From Nitrosopumilaceae archaeon (GTDB taxonomy: Archaea; Thermoproteota; Nitrososphaeria; Nitrososphaerales; Nitrosopumilaceae), in NCBI GenBank assembly GCA_965209085.1, contig OZ242376.1, positions 1,504,001 through 1,568,000 of the forward strand: 64,000 nt of DNA, read 5' to 3'. Below are positions 10,952 through 21,744 of this stretch, piece after piece (position 1 is the first letter of the stretch; each line of letters opens with the position of its first letter). The notes under the pieces are model-generated. The model was not told the DNA's origin. It ran no database searches and worked only from the letters and a program-made list of their open reading frames with translations. Made by a program: the position numbers and the translations under genes.

Positions 10952-11761
10952 ATGAAAATACTGCATATTTGGGACATTGCTAGTGTTGCATACGTATTGG
11001 CAAAATACCAGCGCAGAGACGGCCATCATGTCAAAGTGTATATGAGAAAAATAATGGATCGCTTTGAATTTGGTAAATTTTATAACGAAGAACAAGTTAC
11101 ATGTGGCGTCTTTAGATTTGTGGTAAATAGTATTTTCATGGCAAGACATTATGATGTAATTCACGTACATAGCATATGGAAAGCTGTTCCGTTGATTAAA
11201 ATTCTTTTCAGAAAAAAGGTAATACTTCATTATCACGGTATGGAGTTAATTTCCAAGCATAGATTAAAGCGCTGGATCGGAGAAAAATTTGCTGATGCTG
11301 TTATTGTTTCTACACCGGATTTATTACAGTATTCTACGGCTATTCGGTCATCATATATTCCCAATCCCGTGGATATAGAACATTTTGATATTAAAAAAAT
11401 TGGCAATGTTGAAAAAAACAATTCCAATTTACAAATTGATCAAGCATTTCGTGGAAAAAACATTGTGCCAGAGTTCTTAAAAAGTAATGGCATTGATTTG
11501 GACATAACTTCTGTAGATTATAAATCTAGAAATATCAAATATCGCGACATGCCAAAATATTTGGCACAATATTCGGGCTTTATTGACATATTCATATTTG
11601 ATGGGGTTTTACAGCATGTTAATTCACTTACAGGGTTGCAGGCAATGGCAATGAATGTACCCGTGTTATGTTATGATCTAAAATGGAAGAGTGCATTTTT
11701 GGAAAACCATACCCCAAATCAGGTTTTGGCCGCATGGTATAAAATCTATAATTCAAAGTGA
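10952..11761 (+). CDS. GT-B fold (family 4-like) glycosyltransferase
   Basis: MKILHI start, DVIHVHS, HYHG, YIPNPVD, LQAMAMNVPV. Confidence 0.8.
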   Translation: MKILHIWDIASVAYVLAKYQRRDGHHVKVYMRKIMDRFEFGKFYNEEQVTCGVFRFVVNSIFMARHYDVIHVHSIWKAVPLIKILFRKKVILHYHGMELISKHRLKRWIGEKFADAVIVSTPDLLQYSTAIRSSYIPNPVDIEHFDIKKIGNVEKNNSNLQIDQAFRGKNIVPEFLKSNGIDLDITSVDYKSRNIKYRDMPKYLAQYSGFIDIFIFDGVLQHVNSLTGLQAMAMNVPVLCYDLKWKSAFLENHTPNQVLAAWYKIYNSK

Positions 11762-11872
11762 TCGCATACGTACTGGCGGCAAATGTTCAATTCAAAGCAG
11801 CATTCATTCCCAGCATCCTAAACGTGAGAAATTACGATTATTTGACATTCAGATCGCATGATTCAGAAAAGG

Positions 11873-12799
11873 TCAGGTGTTGTGCAATCCATCCAGTGTC
11901 TGGCATACTGAACATATTGTACTAGTACACATGCTGCCGCATTTTTGGCACGGTGATTTTTGTTTTCCCTGCGGGCTCATCTGGGATGATATTTTCAGGG
12001 CCGACATGTACAGGTTGTTTTTTATTCCGCTGTGGGAATTTTCCATGGAATTTAAAAAATTTCGTATCTGTGTTCTTATTCCCTCATCCATGTGCGGACA
12101 TGGTTCTGTCTGGAACGGAATTTTATTTGCAAATGCGTAAAATACAATCTCCTGCTCGTATATCTGGCAAAACGGCTTTATTCTGTTTGAATTTGCAGAT
12201 CCCGGATCCTGCCAGATAATTCTTTCAGTATCACCGGATATTAGATTTATCAAAAACGTCTGAACTGCATCATCTAGATTGTGCGCTGTAGCTACCACGT
12301 CCGCATTCATATCCTCAGAGGCGGCATCAAGTGCACGGCGTCTTAATGTGCCGCATATCGCACACGAGCTAGTTTTCTTGCCGTTTCTTAATTTTAGTGC
12401 CTCATCAAGGCTCACATCAAAGAGATCAGAGTATGAATACACTTTATGTTTTACATCAAGTTTCATACAGTATTGTTTCACGATCTCAAGCGCTTCGTTT
12501 CTATATCCTGGTATTCCCTCATCAATGGTTGCCGCCTCTATTTTGAAGTGATGCGTCTTTGACATTTTATCCAATATGTAAAGCAGTGCAAGAGAATCCT
12601 TGCCGCCTGAGACTCCGATGCACACTTTATGGCCGTATTTAATCATGTCATATTTTGATATGGTTTTTGCAGTTTTCCTCAGGATGGACTGTGAGAAACA
12701 TTCAGAGCATAAAGATTCTCCTGAATATTTTCTAGAGTATGCACTCTGGTTGTCACATCGGTTGCATTTGAGTGCGGCTTTATTTTCGTGTACGCTCAT
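11873..12799 (-). CDS. tRNA 2-thiolation protein (Ncs6/TtuA, TIGR00269 family)
   Basis: PP-loop SGGKDS, CxxC motifs, TAHNLDD, terminal Zn fingers. Confidence 0.9.
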   Translation of the reverse strand: MSVHENKAALKCNRCDNQSAYSRKYSGESLCSECFSQSILRKTAKTISKYDMIKYGHKVCIGVSGGKDSLALLYILDKMSKTHHFKIEAATIDEGIPGYRNEALEIVKQYCMKLDVKHKVYSYSDLFDVSLDEALKLRNGKKTSSCAICGTLRRRALDAASEDMNADVVATAHNLDDAVQTFLINLISGDTERIIWQDPGSANSNRIKPFCQIYEQEIVFYAFANKIPFQTEPCPHMDEGIRTQIRNFLNSMENSHSGIKNNLYMSALKISSQMSPQGKQKSPCQKCGSMCTSTICSVCQTLDGLHNT

Positions 12800-12809
12800 A
12801 ATACAGCGC

Positions 12810-14060
12810 CTAGATGGTAAACCAGCCAGATTTGATGTATGACAATGCAATGTTCATGCCAAATAGTACAAATGTTACAGCGTAAATCATCCACATTGCA
12901 GTATTGAGTGATTTTTCAGAAAGTCTCCCCTCTAGAAGAATTTGTATAAATTTGCCTCCGTCAAGTATCGGCAGGGGGAGCATGTTGATTATTCCTATAA
13001 AGAATGAGATCATCCACAGCCATAAAAGAAACAGTGAGAGGCCATGGTGGTTCCATTCTATAAAATCCAATACGGGTGTAAATGCCACATTATCCCTAGT
13101 TATGCCAACTAGTCCCCTGCCATCCTCATCGGGGGACTCTAGTATGTCCACTTTGAATGAAAACTCGGAATTTGTTCTTTGAATTGTAACGCTTGCAGTA
13201 TCGTTTGGAGCTAGTGCTATCTGCTGCATGTCCATGGCATTTTTGATCGGTATGCCGTTTATTTCCACAATCAAGTCACCGACTTTTATTCCCGCAGATT
13301 CGGCACCAAATCCGTCCAATACTGACAGCACCATAACTCCGTCCGGTGATTCGTAAAAAACTCCGCGTATTGGATCCGGAAGTATTATGGCAAACAGCGG
13401 ATTTGTCAGCAATAGTGCGCCAAGTGCAAATGCAAATATGACGTTTGCCGTGGCACCGGCTCCTATCACCCGCAGTTTTGATATTTTTTTTGCATTATCA
13501 AATTCTTTCTCGTCAGGCTCTACAAATCCGGCAAACATTGCGATAAATACTGCAAAACCTCCGGTCTTTATTTTGATCCGCTCAAGGGTTGCAACTATGC
13601 CGTGCGCCCCCTCGTGTATAATTAGCACTATGGGTATTGACAGCAGAAAATTGAGTATTGCAGATGATGATGTAAGGGTCACTCCAGGTATTAGAATGGT
13701 AACCTCTGCAAAGTCTGCAGGCCGTACAAAGTATGCAGATATGTTGGATATTAGAAACCAAAATGCAAATCCCATCATGAGAAATCCGGCTATGACACTC
13801 ACATTTGCAAAAACTCGGATTCCCCTCCTAGTACGGGTCAGAATTTTGTCAAGTACACCTTGCACGCTGGTATTTTTGTATACAAGACTGTACGGTTTTA
13901 GCTCAAAACCGTGGTTTTGCAGTTTTAGAGCCTTTGCTGTAACTATGGTAACCACCCATACAATCAAGACGTAGATTATCGGGTTATCTTTGAGTATCTC
14001 AAGGGGCAATATGTGGTTTTTAGATACAACGCATTTATTCTTTGGGAAAACCGCATCCAA
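12810..14060 (-). CDS. Site-2 (M50) membrane metalloprotease with PDZ domain; true start probably slightly downstream
   Basis: HEGAH, NMLPLPILDGG, PDZ segment GIKVGDLIVEING. Confidence 0.92.
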   Translation of the reverse strand: MDAVFPKNKCVVSKNHILPLEILKDNPIIYVLIVWVVTIVTAKALKLQNHGFELKPYSLVYKNTSVQGVLDKILTRTRRGIRVFANVSVIAGFLMMGFAFWFLISNISAYFVRPADFAEVTILIPGVTLTSSSAILNFLLSIPIVLIIHEGAHGIVATLERIKIKTGGFAVFIAMFAGFVEPDEKEFDNAKKISKLRVIGAGATANVIFAFALGALLLTNPLFAIILPDPIRGVFYESPDGVMVLSVLDGFGAESAGIKVGDLIVEINGIPIKNAMDMQQIALAPNDTASVTIQRTNSEFSFKVDILESPDEDGRGLVGITRDNVAFTPVLDFIEWNHHGLSLFLLWLWMISFFIGIINMLPLPILDGGKFIQILLEGRLSEKSLNTAMWMIYAVTFVLFGMNIALSYIKSGWFTI

Positions 14061-14140
14061 GACCTGCGTTCTATATGATCCAAGTTTTTAATATAAAATA
14101 GGATTGGTACAATTATAGGCAGCTGTATGATCACGCTCGC

Positions 14141-14482
14141 ATGAAATCCACAAAAAAACCCCATGCTATGGCAAAACCTGCGGTTTTCATTTCCACATAT
14201 CCTACAAAAAAATCCGCAACAAATGCCGCAAAGCAGGCAGTCAGACTGAAATTGGCAGCCTGCGTCAATACTGTACGGATATCCTCAGTATATGCATGGA
14301 AAGGCAGAATTGAGAACGGATCAGAATATCTGTCATTTTTTAAAACAACGATGAAAAATAAAAACAAACTAGAGGATCACATACGCAGCACTCATCCTTA
14401 TGAAATTCCAGAAATTGCAAGAATTGACATGGCATCGGTAAACACCCCATACATGAAATGGATAATTGATTCAGTACTCTAG
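14141..14482 (+). CDS. cutA: CutA divalent-cation tolerance protein
   Basis: LAACVN, SVYAWKG, HPYEIPEI. Confidence 0.92.
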   Translation: MKSTKKPHAMAKPAVFISTYPTKKSATNAAKQAVRLKLAACVNTVRISSVYAWKGRIENGSEYLSFFKTTMKNKNKLEDHIRSTHPYEIPEIARIDMASVNTPYMKWIIDSVL

Positions 14483-15520
14483 CTGTATCGGATAACGCAG
14501 CAAAGCCACTATTCCTCCAAGACCTTGCACACGCAATCCAATATCCGTAGTAGAGTCAACTGCAATTGTATGCGCACCTTTTGATTCAGCATCGTTGAGC
14601 AGTTTTATGGCGCGCTCCTCATCTCCTGCCACCAGTCCGTCTGAAAATATTATCGTCTCAACAGCTCCCATGATGCACGCGTTGGAAACATCATCCAATC
14701 CCATTGCAAACTTTGAGCTTTTTGTACCTGCCAGATACATTATACGTTCCACCGTACTTGATGCCAATGCAAGCTTGCTCTTGGACATTATTTCCCGCAT
14801 AACCTCGGATTTTGTAAATACGTATATTCCATCCTCGCCTCCGGCATCAATTCCCTCCGCAAGCATGCACGATAGTCCGGCTTTTTGCATATGGTTTACA
14901 ACCCTGTTTTTGGTCAGCCCCGGACCAAAGACTATGATTTGATCCCCGTTTTTAGCCATCGGTCCGACCGTATCGGCAATGTCCTTGTAGAATTTGTCCA
15001 TGTTTACACTAGCGTTTTTGTATCTTTTGCCGCTTGCTCCAGAGTAAATATTGGGCAAAATTTCAAGTCGGGTTCCCTTTATTTTGCCAATTCCACATTC
15101 GGAAGTATCTATTGCGACTAGTACAAAACCTCCAGAGATGGAATGTTTTTTCAATAGATTTTTTTCCACACTTTTCCATCCAGCGTTTTTTGTGATTGTT
15201 ATGGCATCCTCAATTTTTATTTGCATTGAATGATGGGAACCGTGCACCACTGATTCGTTGTCAGATTCAACTATCGTTCCGGTCACTCTTAGACGGTTAA
15301 GTGATCCATCCAACGTGATTTTCTTGGATTCAAGGGATATTCTTATTCTGATGCGCTGTCCTTTTTCCGGTCTAATGCTCTCTCTTTCTTTTTTTATTTC
15401 CCTGCTCGTACTACCGGCAATACGATCGCCTACGGATATTGCTCTACGCAGTGCAACCATGTCGTCAGGTTCCTCAGCTTTGACGGATATTGAATTCCCG
15501 TCGATGGTTTTTACGATCAT
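14471..15520 (-). CDS. pelA: Pelota/Dom34 ribosome rescue factor
   Basis: eRF1-like three-domain layout, RLRVTGTI, GLGGIVALLRYP. Confidence 0.92.
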   Translation of the reverse strand: MIVKTIDGNSISVKAEEPDDMVALRRAISVGDRIAGSTSREIKKERESIRPEKGQRIRIRISLESKKITLDGSLNRLRVTGTIVESDNESVVHGSHHSMQIKIEDAITITKNAGWKSVEKNLLKKHSISGGFVLVAIDTSECGIGKIKGTRLEILPNIYSGASGKRYKNASVNMDKFYKDIADTVGPMAKNGDQIIVFGPGLTKNRVVNHMQKAGLSCMLAEGIDAGGEDGIYVFTKSEVMREIMSKSKLALASSTVERIMYLAGTKSSKFAMGLDDVSNACIMGAVETIIFSDGLVAGDEERAIKLLNDAESKGAHTIAVDSTTDIGLRVQGLGGIVALLRYPIQLEY

Positions 15521-15526
15521 GTGCTC

Positions 15527-15970
15527 TTAAACTGCCGGAGGATTTGTCTGATCGTTTTGTTGTGATTTTTCACGCACGTAATCTTCCACCCATTTGAGGG
15601 TAATTACTCTAGCAGCTGCCATGTTTGAAAGAGAGTTTGAAGAGGCCTCGCCTGTAACCTTGCCTTCGTATTTTTGCGTCTGTCTCCATTTTAGAGTCGT
15701 GTTTCCGCTCTTTGAGTTATATATTACGCCTAGCACGTTTCTAGCGTTTACAAAAGTAACATCCCTGAGTTTTTTCAGCGTTTGTTTGTCAGCAGCTTCT
15801 ACGTATATGGATCCCAAATCGGCTTCTCTTTCGGCAAATATCTCATAGTCGCTCATATAGCTCTCAGGTATGTACGAGCTGCATGTACTCTCTATGATGA
15901 ATCTGCGAAAACTCTCAAGTGAGCACTGCGTATCTATGGCTGCCATGTGTGAGATATGAAATGCAGTCAT
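15527..15970 (-). CDS. Hypothetical protein
   Basis: 147-aa ORF packed in an operon-like arrangement with pelota. Confidence 0.7.
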   Translation of the reverse strand: MTAFHISHMAAIDTQCSLESFRRFIIESTCSSYIPESYMSDYEIFAEREADLGSIYVEAADKQTLKKLRDVTFVNARNVLGVIYNSKSGNTTLKWRQTQKYEGKVTGEASSNSLSNMAAARVITLKWVEDYVREKSQQNDQTNPPAV

Positions 15971-16008
15971 TTATCAACCTTGAGCAAAGAGATGTTGTGT
16001 GCATGTGC

Positions 16009-16980
16009 CTATCTGTGCCTTGCTAGTATGGCTATCTGAAGGGCCACTATAATGCCGATAGATGCCACCACCGGAAACAGCAGAGAATTTAGCTGTATGG
16101 ATGCCTCTTCAATATTACCTACAGATGATGTAATGGAACCCACGCTTGATTCTATTTTTGTGTCGGCGTTTTCTAGTGTAGCGCCGAATTTTGAAACTTC
16201 TTGTTTTAATCTGTCAAGCTCTGTTGCAGTATCATCCAAAATTGCATCAAGTGCCACTATCTGATCTGATATTCCCCCGATATCCTGATCCAAAACTACC
16301 GTAGCTGCAGAACCGTGCGATACTGTACCTTCATAAAACATTACTGCGTGAAATACGTACGTTCCAAGAGTTTTTGGCACATAGTCGATGTAATACAGTC
16401 CCCTGTGCAGTGAAATAAAATCTGTAGAAACATCATCCACCGTACCTTCCGGTAAATGTACGTGCGTGGTGGAGAGAAGATCCTTTGGATCATCCCCAAT
16501 AAGGAGTCCGTCGCTGGTAGTCTGAACAAACAGACGGATGGGAGAATCCACGGCGGCCGATTCTGGTGCATAAACTAGCGCATTAGCATCCCTTGAAATT
16601 ATAATATCATCATTCCCGTCGGGTCCAAAGCGCACGTCAATGGTTCCTAGTATTCCCTCGTTTGTAGTGCTGAGAATTTCAATCGAATATGTGCCGTATG
16701 GAAATGTTGTGGACGGCTCAGACCACGTCATCAGTATGTGGGTGAATACGCCGTCTGCATCAGCGGATATTTGTTCAAATCCTTTTATCGTGCCATCTGG
16801 TGCAAACAGTCGGAGTATCAGAGGATCGTTCTCAGATACGGTTCCATATACTAAGAGAGGATCTCCTGGCGAGTATACAGTGTTGTCCGTGTGAAAAACC
16901 ACGTTTTGTGCAAAGATGTATTCTGTAGGCAGTGCAATTAACGCAAATGTGGCTATTATTAGCACATATGTTATCTTCAA
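16009..16980 (-). CDS. Secreted, C-terminally membrane-anchored protein with a coiled-coil stalk
   Basis: N-terminal signal peptide, beta-rich body, heptad region, C-terminal TM helix ending ARHR. Confidence 0.8.
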   Translation of the reverse strand: MKITYVLIIATFALIALPTEYIFAQNVVFHTDNTVYSPGDPLLVYGTVSENDPLILRLFAPDGTIKGFEQISADADGVFTHILMTWSEPSTTFPYGTYSIEILSTTNEGILGTIDVRFGPDGNDDIIISRDANALVYAPESAAVDSPIRLFVQTTSDGLLIGDDPKDLLSTTHVHLPEGTVDDVSTDFISLHRGLYYIDYVPKTLGTYVFHAVMFYEGTVSHGSAATVVLDQDIGGISDQIVALDAILDDTATELDRLKQEVSKFGATLENADTKIESSVGSITSSVGNIEEASIQLNSLLFPVVASIGIIVALQIAILARHR

Positions 16981-17070
16981 TTGACATGTAATCTGCCGTT
17001 TATGTTATATTGTTTGTGCATCATGATACCGTATGAGAGTATGCACATTCATGGGCGATATGGGGATAAA

Positions 17071-18003
17071 ATGCCTGTAAAAATTGCCCAGATTGGTGTG
17101 GGCGGATGGGGTAAAAATCACGCCCGCGTACTCGCGGAAATGGGTGCGCTAAGTGCCATATGTGACGGAAATGCAGAAAGGTGCAAAGAGTTTTCTTCCA
17201 AATATTCGGTTCCCGCGTACGAGACCGTGGATGAGCTGTTAAAATCAGAGGACTTTGATGCGGCGTTTGTCTGCACTCCAACTTTTACGCACATGGACGT
17301 TGCTTCGCGCATGATCGAGGCAAAAAAGCATGTTTTTGTGGAAAAACCCATGACGTACGACGTCTCTGAGGGGACAAAGCTTGCAGAGATGGCAAAGAAA
17401 AATAATATTCTGCTTACGTGCGGATACATTGAGAGATTCAATCCCGGCGTATCAACGGTAAAGAAAATAATACACGATAAAAAATATGGTGAGCCGCTTG
17501 TATTTAGTTTTAGGCGCAAAAACCGCATGCCGCTGCACATAATGGATGTGGGAATAATTTACGACACATCAGTGCATGACATTGATACTGCGATGTGGCT
17601 TTTTGGTGAAGAACCCGAAGTTGTATACGCTAGGGCGGGAAGTATACGCCACAAATATGAGGATTTTGCATCCATAATGTTGGGGTTTTCTAAAAACAGA
17701 GTGGCCGTAATTTCATCCAATTGGCTTACCCCTCTTAGAGTAAGGGAATTTGAGGGAGTCTGCTCTGATGCTGTAATATCTTTGGATTTTATAACACAAG
17801 AGGTAAAGATTAGCGGAGAGGAGACAATAATCATACCTGTGGAAAAGAAAGAGCCGCTTTCACTTGAGATACAAAGTTTTATCGGAGCAATTAATGGGGA
17901 AAATGATCTAGTTGTAACGCCAAAGCAGGCGGTAAATGTCACAAAAATAGCCAAAGCTGCACTGCTTTCAAGTCAAAAGGGCACGCCAATATATCTAGAA
18001 TAA
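17071..18003 (+). CDS. Gfo/Idh/MocA oxidoreductase (sugar-nucleotide dehydrogenase-like)
   Basis: GVGGWGKNH, VFVEKP, GYIERFNP, DTSVHDID. Confidence 0.92.
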   Translation: MPVKIAQIGVGGWGKNHARVLAEMGALSAICDGNAERCKEFSSKYSVPAYETVDELLKSEDFDAAFVCTPTFTHMDVASRMIEAKKHVFVEKPMTYDVSEGTKLAEMAKKNNILLTCGYIERFNPGVSTVKKIIHDKKYGEPLVFSFRRKNRMPLHIMDVGIIYDTSVHDIDTAMWLFGEEPEVVYARAGSIRHKYEDFASIMLGFSKNRVAVISSNWLTPLRVREFEGVCSDAVISLDFITQEVKISGEETIIIPVEKKEPLSLEIQSFIGAINGENDLVVTPKQAVNVTKIAKAALLSSQKGTPIYLE

Positions 18004-18022
18004 ATAATATTATTTGTTACAG

Positions 18023-18205
18023 TCATAATTCTGATGCGGCAATATTGGAGGATCGGACATGGCCTCCTGCCGCAACAGATTTCACTATAAAAGAGCCTGC
18101 ATCGACAATTGCACATTTGCCAACAGTTACGCCGGGCATTATTGAAACTCTTGCGCCTATTTGTACACCATCTATAACATATACGGTCAAGATTGCAATG
18201 TTCAT
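18023..18205 (-). pseudogene. C-terminal fragment of a hexapeptide acyltransferase, paralogous to 18380-18961
   Basis: QIGARVSIMPGVTVGKCAIVDAGS...HVRSSNIAA aligns with KIGIRVTTIPGIVIGKYAVIDAGS...HMRSDNIAA. Confidence 0.7.
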
Positions 18206-18379
18206 GTTGCTTTCTAAATTTGAGAATATTTCAAAGATACCATGTTTTCTCGTAAAGATGCAGATCTATTCATGATTTTTGTTTAATACATCCTGCATTG
18301 AGAAAGCCAAAACTAGATAATTTTAAAATCTCATTTTCGGTTGAATCATCGATTCAAAAAAATGTATTATGAACCAGTA

Positions 18380-18961
18380 TTATTTTTCTGTGGTAATTTC
18401 AGTGTCTATGCTAGTTGCAGCTATGTTATCTGAACGCATATGTGCACCTTGAGGAACATTTTTTGTTATAATTGAACCAGCATCAATTACAGCATATTTT
18501 CCAATTACTATACCTGGGATGGTAGTTACTCTTATGCCAATTTTCACATTATCTTCGATAACAGTATTTACTCTTGGCATATTTGTAGAATTTGGATAAC
18601 CAAATTTTGCATGTTTTTCTCCAATATTCTTGGTGTTTGAATTTACAAAAAATGCACCTATGAAGCAATTATTGCCAATAGTTATTCCAACTGTGAGATG
18701 GCATTGTGCATAAATGGTTGTCCAATTTCCTATTTTTACATTACCTTCTGAGAGTGATAGTGTTCCAAATATACTATGATTGCCAATTGAGGTATGAGAT
18801 TTTATTACTGCCGAAGTTCCAATAATACAATCGTTGCCAATATCAACATCTGGGTAAATTATTATATTTGGTTCAAGTATTGTTCCTTTGCCTATTTTTA
18901 TTCTATTTTTAGGATCATGATAAGGTTCGTCGAGTTTTTGTCTTGTTTGTGTCATATACAT
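18380..18961 (-). CDS. Hexapeptide-repeat (left-handed beta-helix) sugar acetyltransferase
   Basis: Repeated IGxxxxIG hexapeptides. Confidence 0.85.
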   Translation of the reverse strand: MYMTQTRQKLDEPYHDPKNRIKIGKGTILEPNIIIYPDVDIGNDCIIGTSAVIKSHTSIGNHSIFGTLSLSEGNVKIGNWTTIYAQCHLTVGITIGNNCFIGAFFVNSNTKNIGEKHAKFGYPNSTNMPRVNTVIEDNVKIGIRVTTIPGIVIGKYAVIDAGSIITKNVPQGAHMRSDNIAATSIDTEITTEK

Positions 18962-19098
18962 AATTAATCTGTTAATTAGTATAATTATTAAGTTTTACAA
19001 AAATCAAAAAATCATTCTGTAGTTAAAAATTGGATAAAATCACTTCCAAATCTGTATGACAGATATCCGTATACGGTACTATATGTTGCTAGGTTTTA

Positions 19099-21027
19099 AT
19101 GATACCATATTTTTATCCGTGTGTGGACAGTTGTGACTATAGCTCCATTGGTCTCAAGGTGGGACTTGAGATACACCAGCAGCTTGCAACCAATAGGAAG
19201 CTTTTTTGCAAATGCAGTCAGATTGAAACTGACGATTATGATGGCTCATTTTCACGAAAGCTGCGTATTACAAAAAGTGAGCTTGGAAAATACGATCCGG
19301 CCGCCATATTTGAACACGGCAAGGGGAAAAAGATGGTATATTTTGCAAGCCATAAAAACAGCTGTCTAGTAGAACAGGATGAAGAACCACCGCACGATGT
19401 GGATGAGGAGGCAAAGAAAACTGTACTAATTGTATCTGCGGCGTTAAAATCAAACGTCTTTGCGGAAATTTTTCCCATGCGCAAAATGGTGATTGATGGT
19501 TCAAACACATCTGGATTTCAAAGAACCATGCTTGTATCGCAGGGCGGAGAATTTACCGCTTTTGGCCATACTGTTGGAGTACAGGCAATATGTCTAGAAG
19601 AGGATGCTGCAAAAAACATCGGACGTGAGAATGGCATCCGCAAATATGATCTTGGAAGACTTGGCATACCACTAATTGAGATCGCGCTAGCGCCAACAAG
19701 CGTCAAACCCCACGAAGTACGCAAGATAGCGCTTTATCTTGGAAGAATGCTCCGGTCCACGCGCAGAGTGTCAAGAGGTCTTGGTACAATACGGCAGGAT
19801 GTGAATGTTTCAACAAGAGACGGACCGGTGGTGGAAGTAAAAGGCGTACAACAGTTAGAACAGCTTGAGAAAACCATAGAATACGAGGCTGCCCGTCAGG
19901 ACGGACTGTACAAGATCGCCGAGAAACTCTCAAAATCCAAATGCGCACCTGTAAAAGAAAACGCAACGGATGTTACAGAGCAAATGTTGAATTGTCCCTC
20001 AAAGATTGTTCAAAAAATGCTGCAAAATGGTGACAGAATAATGGCCATAAAATTTCCCAAATATGCCGGCATGTTCGGGTACAGTCCGTACGAGGGGGTA
20101 AGATTGGGGGCAGAAATTGCCCAAAGAGTCAAAACGTACGGATTGGGCGGTGTTTTTCATTCAGATGAGCTGCCAAACTACGGCATAGAGCAAAAAGATG
20201 TAGATGTCATACTCTCTAGCATCGGCGCGGATGCTTTTGATGGATTCATTCTTGTGTCATTGCCGGAGTTAAAAAAAGACGTTATTGTCTCACAAATTGT
20301 AAAAAGAACAAACATGGCCTTTGATGGAGTGGTGGCAGAAACTAGACTCTCAATGCAGGATGGAAAAACTGTTTTTCTCCGTCCTCGTCCGGGATCATCT
20401 AGAATGTATCCTGAAACGGACATTGCATCCATCATCATTACTGATTCAGATATCCAAAATGCTAGAGATTGCATACCAAAACCCTGGGATGAAACACTAA
20501 AAGAATTTGGGGAAAAATACAACTTGAATTCGCAGCTTGCAGAACAAATATTTGATTCGGATTATTTTAAAATATTTGAAAAAATTTGCACACAATGCAC
20601 CAGTATATCGGCAAATTTTGTGGCATCGTCTTTATGTTCCACGATAACCAGCCTTCAAAGAAGCGGTATGGACGCATCAAATCTGGATTATGATGCAATA
20701 GAGGCGGTTTTTAAAATTCTTGATTCCGGAAAAATTTCAAAAGAATCAGTAGAGATCATATTCTCCGGAGTCATGACAGGAAAATATTCATCGGTACAAA
20801 ATGCGATTGAAGATATTGCATCAGAGAGCATCTCCAGTAAAGATGTTTCTGCAATGCTTGATGCAATACTTTCAGATAATGCATCCATTATAGACAGACA
20901 GGGAATGAGAGCCCTGAATCCTCTCATGGGAATTGCCATGAAAAAAATGCGCGGCAAGGCAAGCGGTGAGATGATAAATGAATTGTTAAATAAAAAACTA
21001 GAGTCAAAATGTAATAAAAAGAATTAA
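19099..21027 (+). CDS. gatE: Glu-tRNA(Gln) amidotransferase subunit E
   Basis: GLEIHQQL, IDGSNTSGFQRT, RPRPGSSRMYPETD, GVFHSDELP insert. Confidence 0.96.
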   Translation: MIPYFYPCVDSCDYSSIGLKVGLEIHQQLATNRKLFCKCSQIETDDYDGSFSRKLRITKSELGKYDPAAIFEHGKGKKMVYFASHKNSCLVEQDEEPPHDVDEEAKKTVLIVSAALKSNVFAEIFPMRKMVIDGSNTSGFQRTMLVSQGGEFTAFGHTVGVQAICLEEDAAKNIGRENGIRKYDLGRLGIPLIEIALAPTSVKPHEVRKIALYLGRMLRSTRRVSRGLGTIRQDVNVSTRDGPVVEVKGVQQLEQLEKTIEYEAARQDGLYKIAEKLSKSKCAPVKENATDVTEQMLNCPSKIVQKMLQNGDRIMAIKFPKYAGMFGYSPYEGVRLGAEIAQRVKTYGLGGVFHSDELPNYGIEQKDVDVILSSIGADAFDGFILVSLPELKKDVIVSQIVKRTNMAFDGVVAETRLSMQDGKTVFLRPRPGSSRMYPETDIASIIITDSDIQNARDCIPKPWDETLKEFGEKYNLNSQLAEQIFDSDYFKIFEKICTQCTSISANFVASSLCSTITSLQRSGMDASNLDYDAIEAVFKILDSGKISKESVEIIFSGVMTGKYSSVQNAIEDIASESISSKDVSAMLDAILSDNASIIDRQGMRALNPLMGIAMKKMRGKASGEMINELLNKKLESKCNKKN

Positions 21028-21043
21028 TGTAACGGAAATAATA

Positions 21044-21304
21044 TTACTGTAGTTTACGGCGCCCTGTGCCTCTGCCTGTAGATACGTATCGACCTTTGCC
21101 AGAAGATCTTCCAGCCGTATCTGCAATATCGCTCATTTTGATTTTACTCGTGCCACGACCTACGGAAATGTAGACATCTTTGGCTTTATCTTTGCGCTCT
21201 TTCATCACGTCTTTGTATGCTTTACCAGCCCAATTTTGCGCACCAACTGTTGCCTTTCTTTTAGATGTGCCTCTAGAACCAACTTTTATAACTTCTTTTG
21301 TCAT
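21044..21304 (-). CDS. Small basic protein with a thrice-repeated RGT motif
   Basis: 86-aa Lys/Arg-rich ORF containing SRGTSK, GRGTSK and GRGTGR. Confidence 0.65.
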   Translation of the reverse strand: MTKEVIKVGSRGTSKRKATVGAQNWAGKAYKDVMKERKDKAKDVYISVGRGTSKIKMSDIADTAGRSSGKGRYVSTGRGTGRRKLQ

Positions 21305-21404
21305 ATTAGATTATTCTAATAGTTGCTATTAAACATAGTGATGTTTTTCAGATTGTTGTGCAATTTGAGTATGCAAAAATTTGATCTTTTGATAATTGTA
21401 TAAT

Positions 21405-21470
21405 GCCATATCATGCCTAGAATTCACGCAATAAATGCAAATGTATGCGCAAGATGGCCAAGGTGCCGAC
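21405..21470 (-). repeat. Degenerate copy of the IS66-like MITE
   Basis: tcatgcctagaattcacgcaataaatgcaaatgtatgcgcaagatggccaaggtgccgac aligns with the reverse complement of 9185-9258. Confidence 0.65.
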
Positions 21471-21594
21471 GGATATAATTTCAATTTATAATTCATAATG
21501 ATCATGTGGGATATATTACAGGATGTACAGTATTTTTGATTCGTATACGAGCATTTCAAGAAACTACTTATTTTGGATTTAAAGACTTTGTTAT

Positions 21595-21682
21595 GCGGGA
21601 GTCGCCCAGCCTGGTCAAAGGCGTAAGGTTCAGATCCTTATCTCTTAGGAGTTCGTGGGTTCAAATCCCATCTCCCGCACCA
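21595..21682 (+). tRNA. tRNA-Leu(CAG) with encoded CCA
   Basis: GCGGGAG/TCCCGC acceptor stem, anticodon arm taagg-ttCAGat-cctta, long variable arm, GTTCAAATC, upstream TTTAAA. Confidence 0.95.
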
Positions 21683-21744
21683 TACAATATTCCAGGATTT
21701 GGCATTTTAGTAAAATTAATTAAAACCAAGATGTATACAATATC

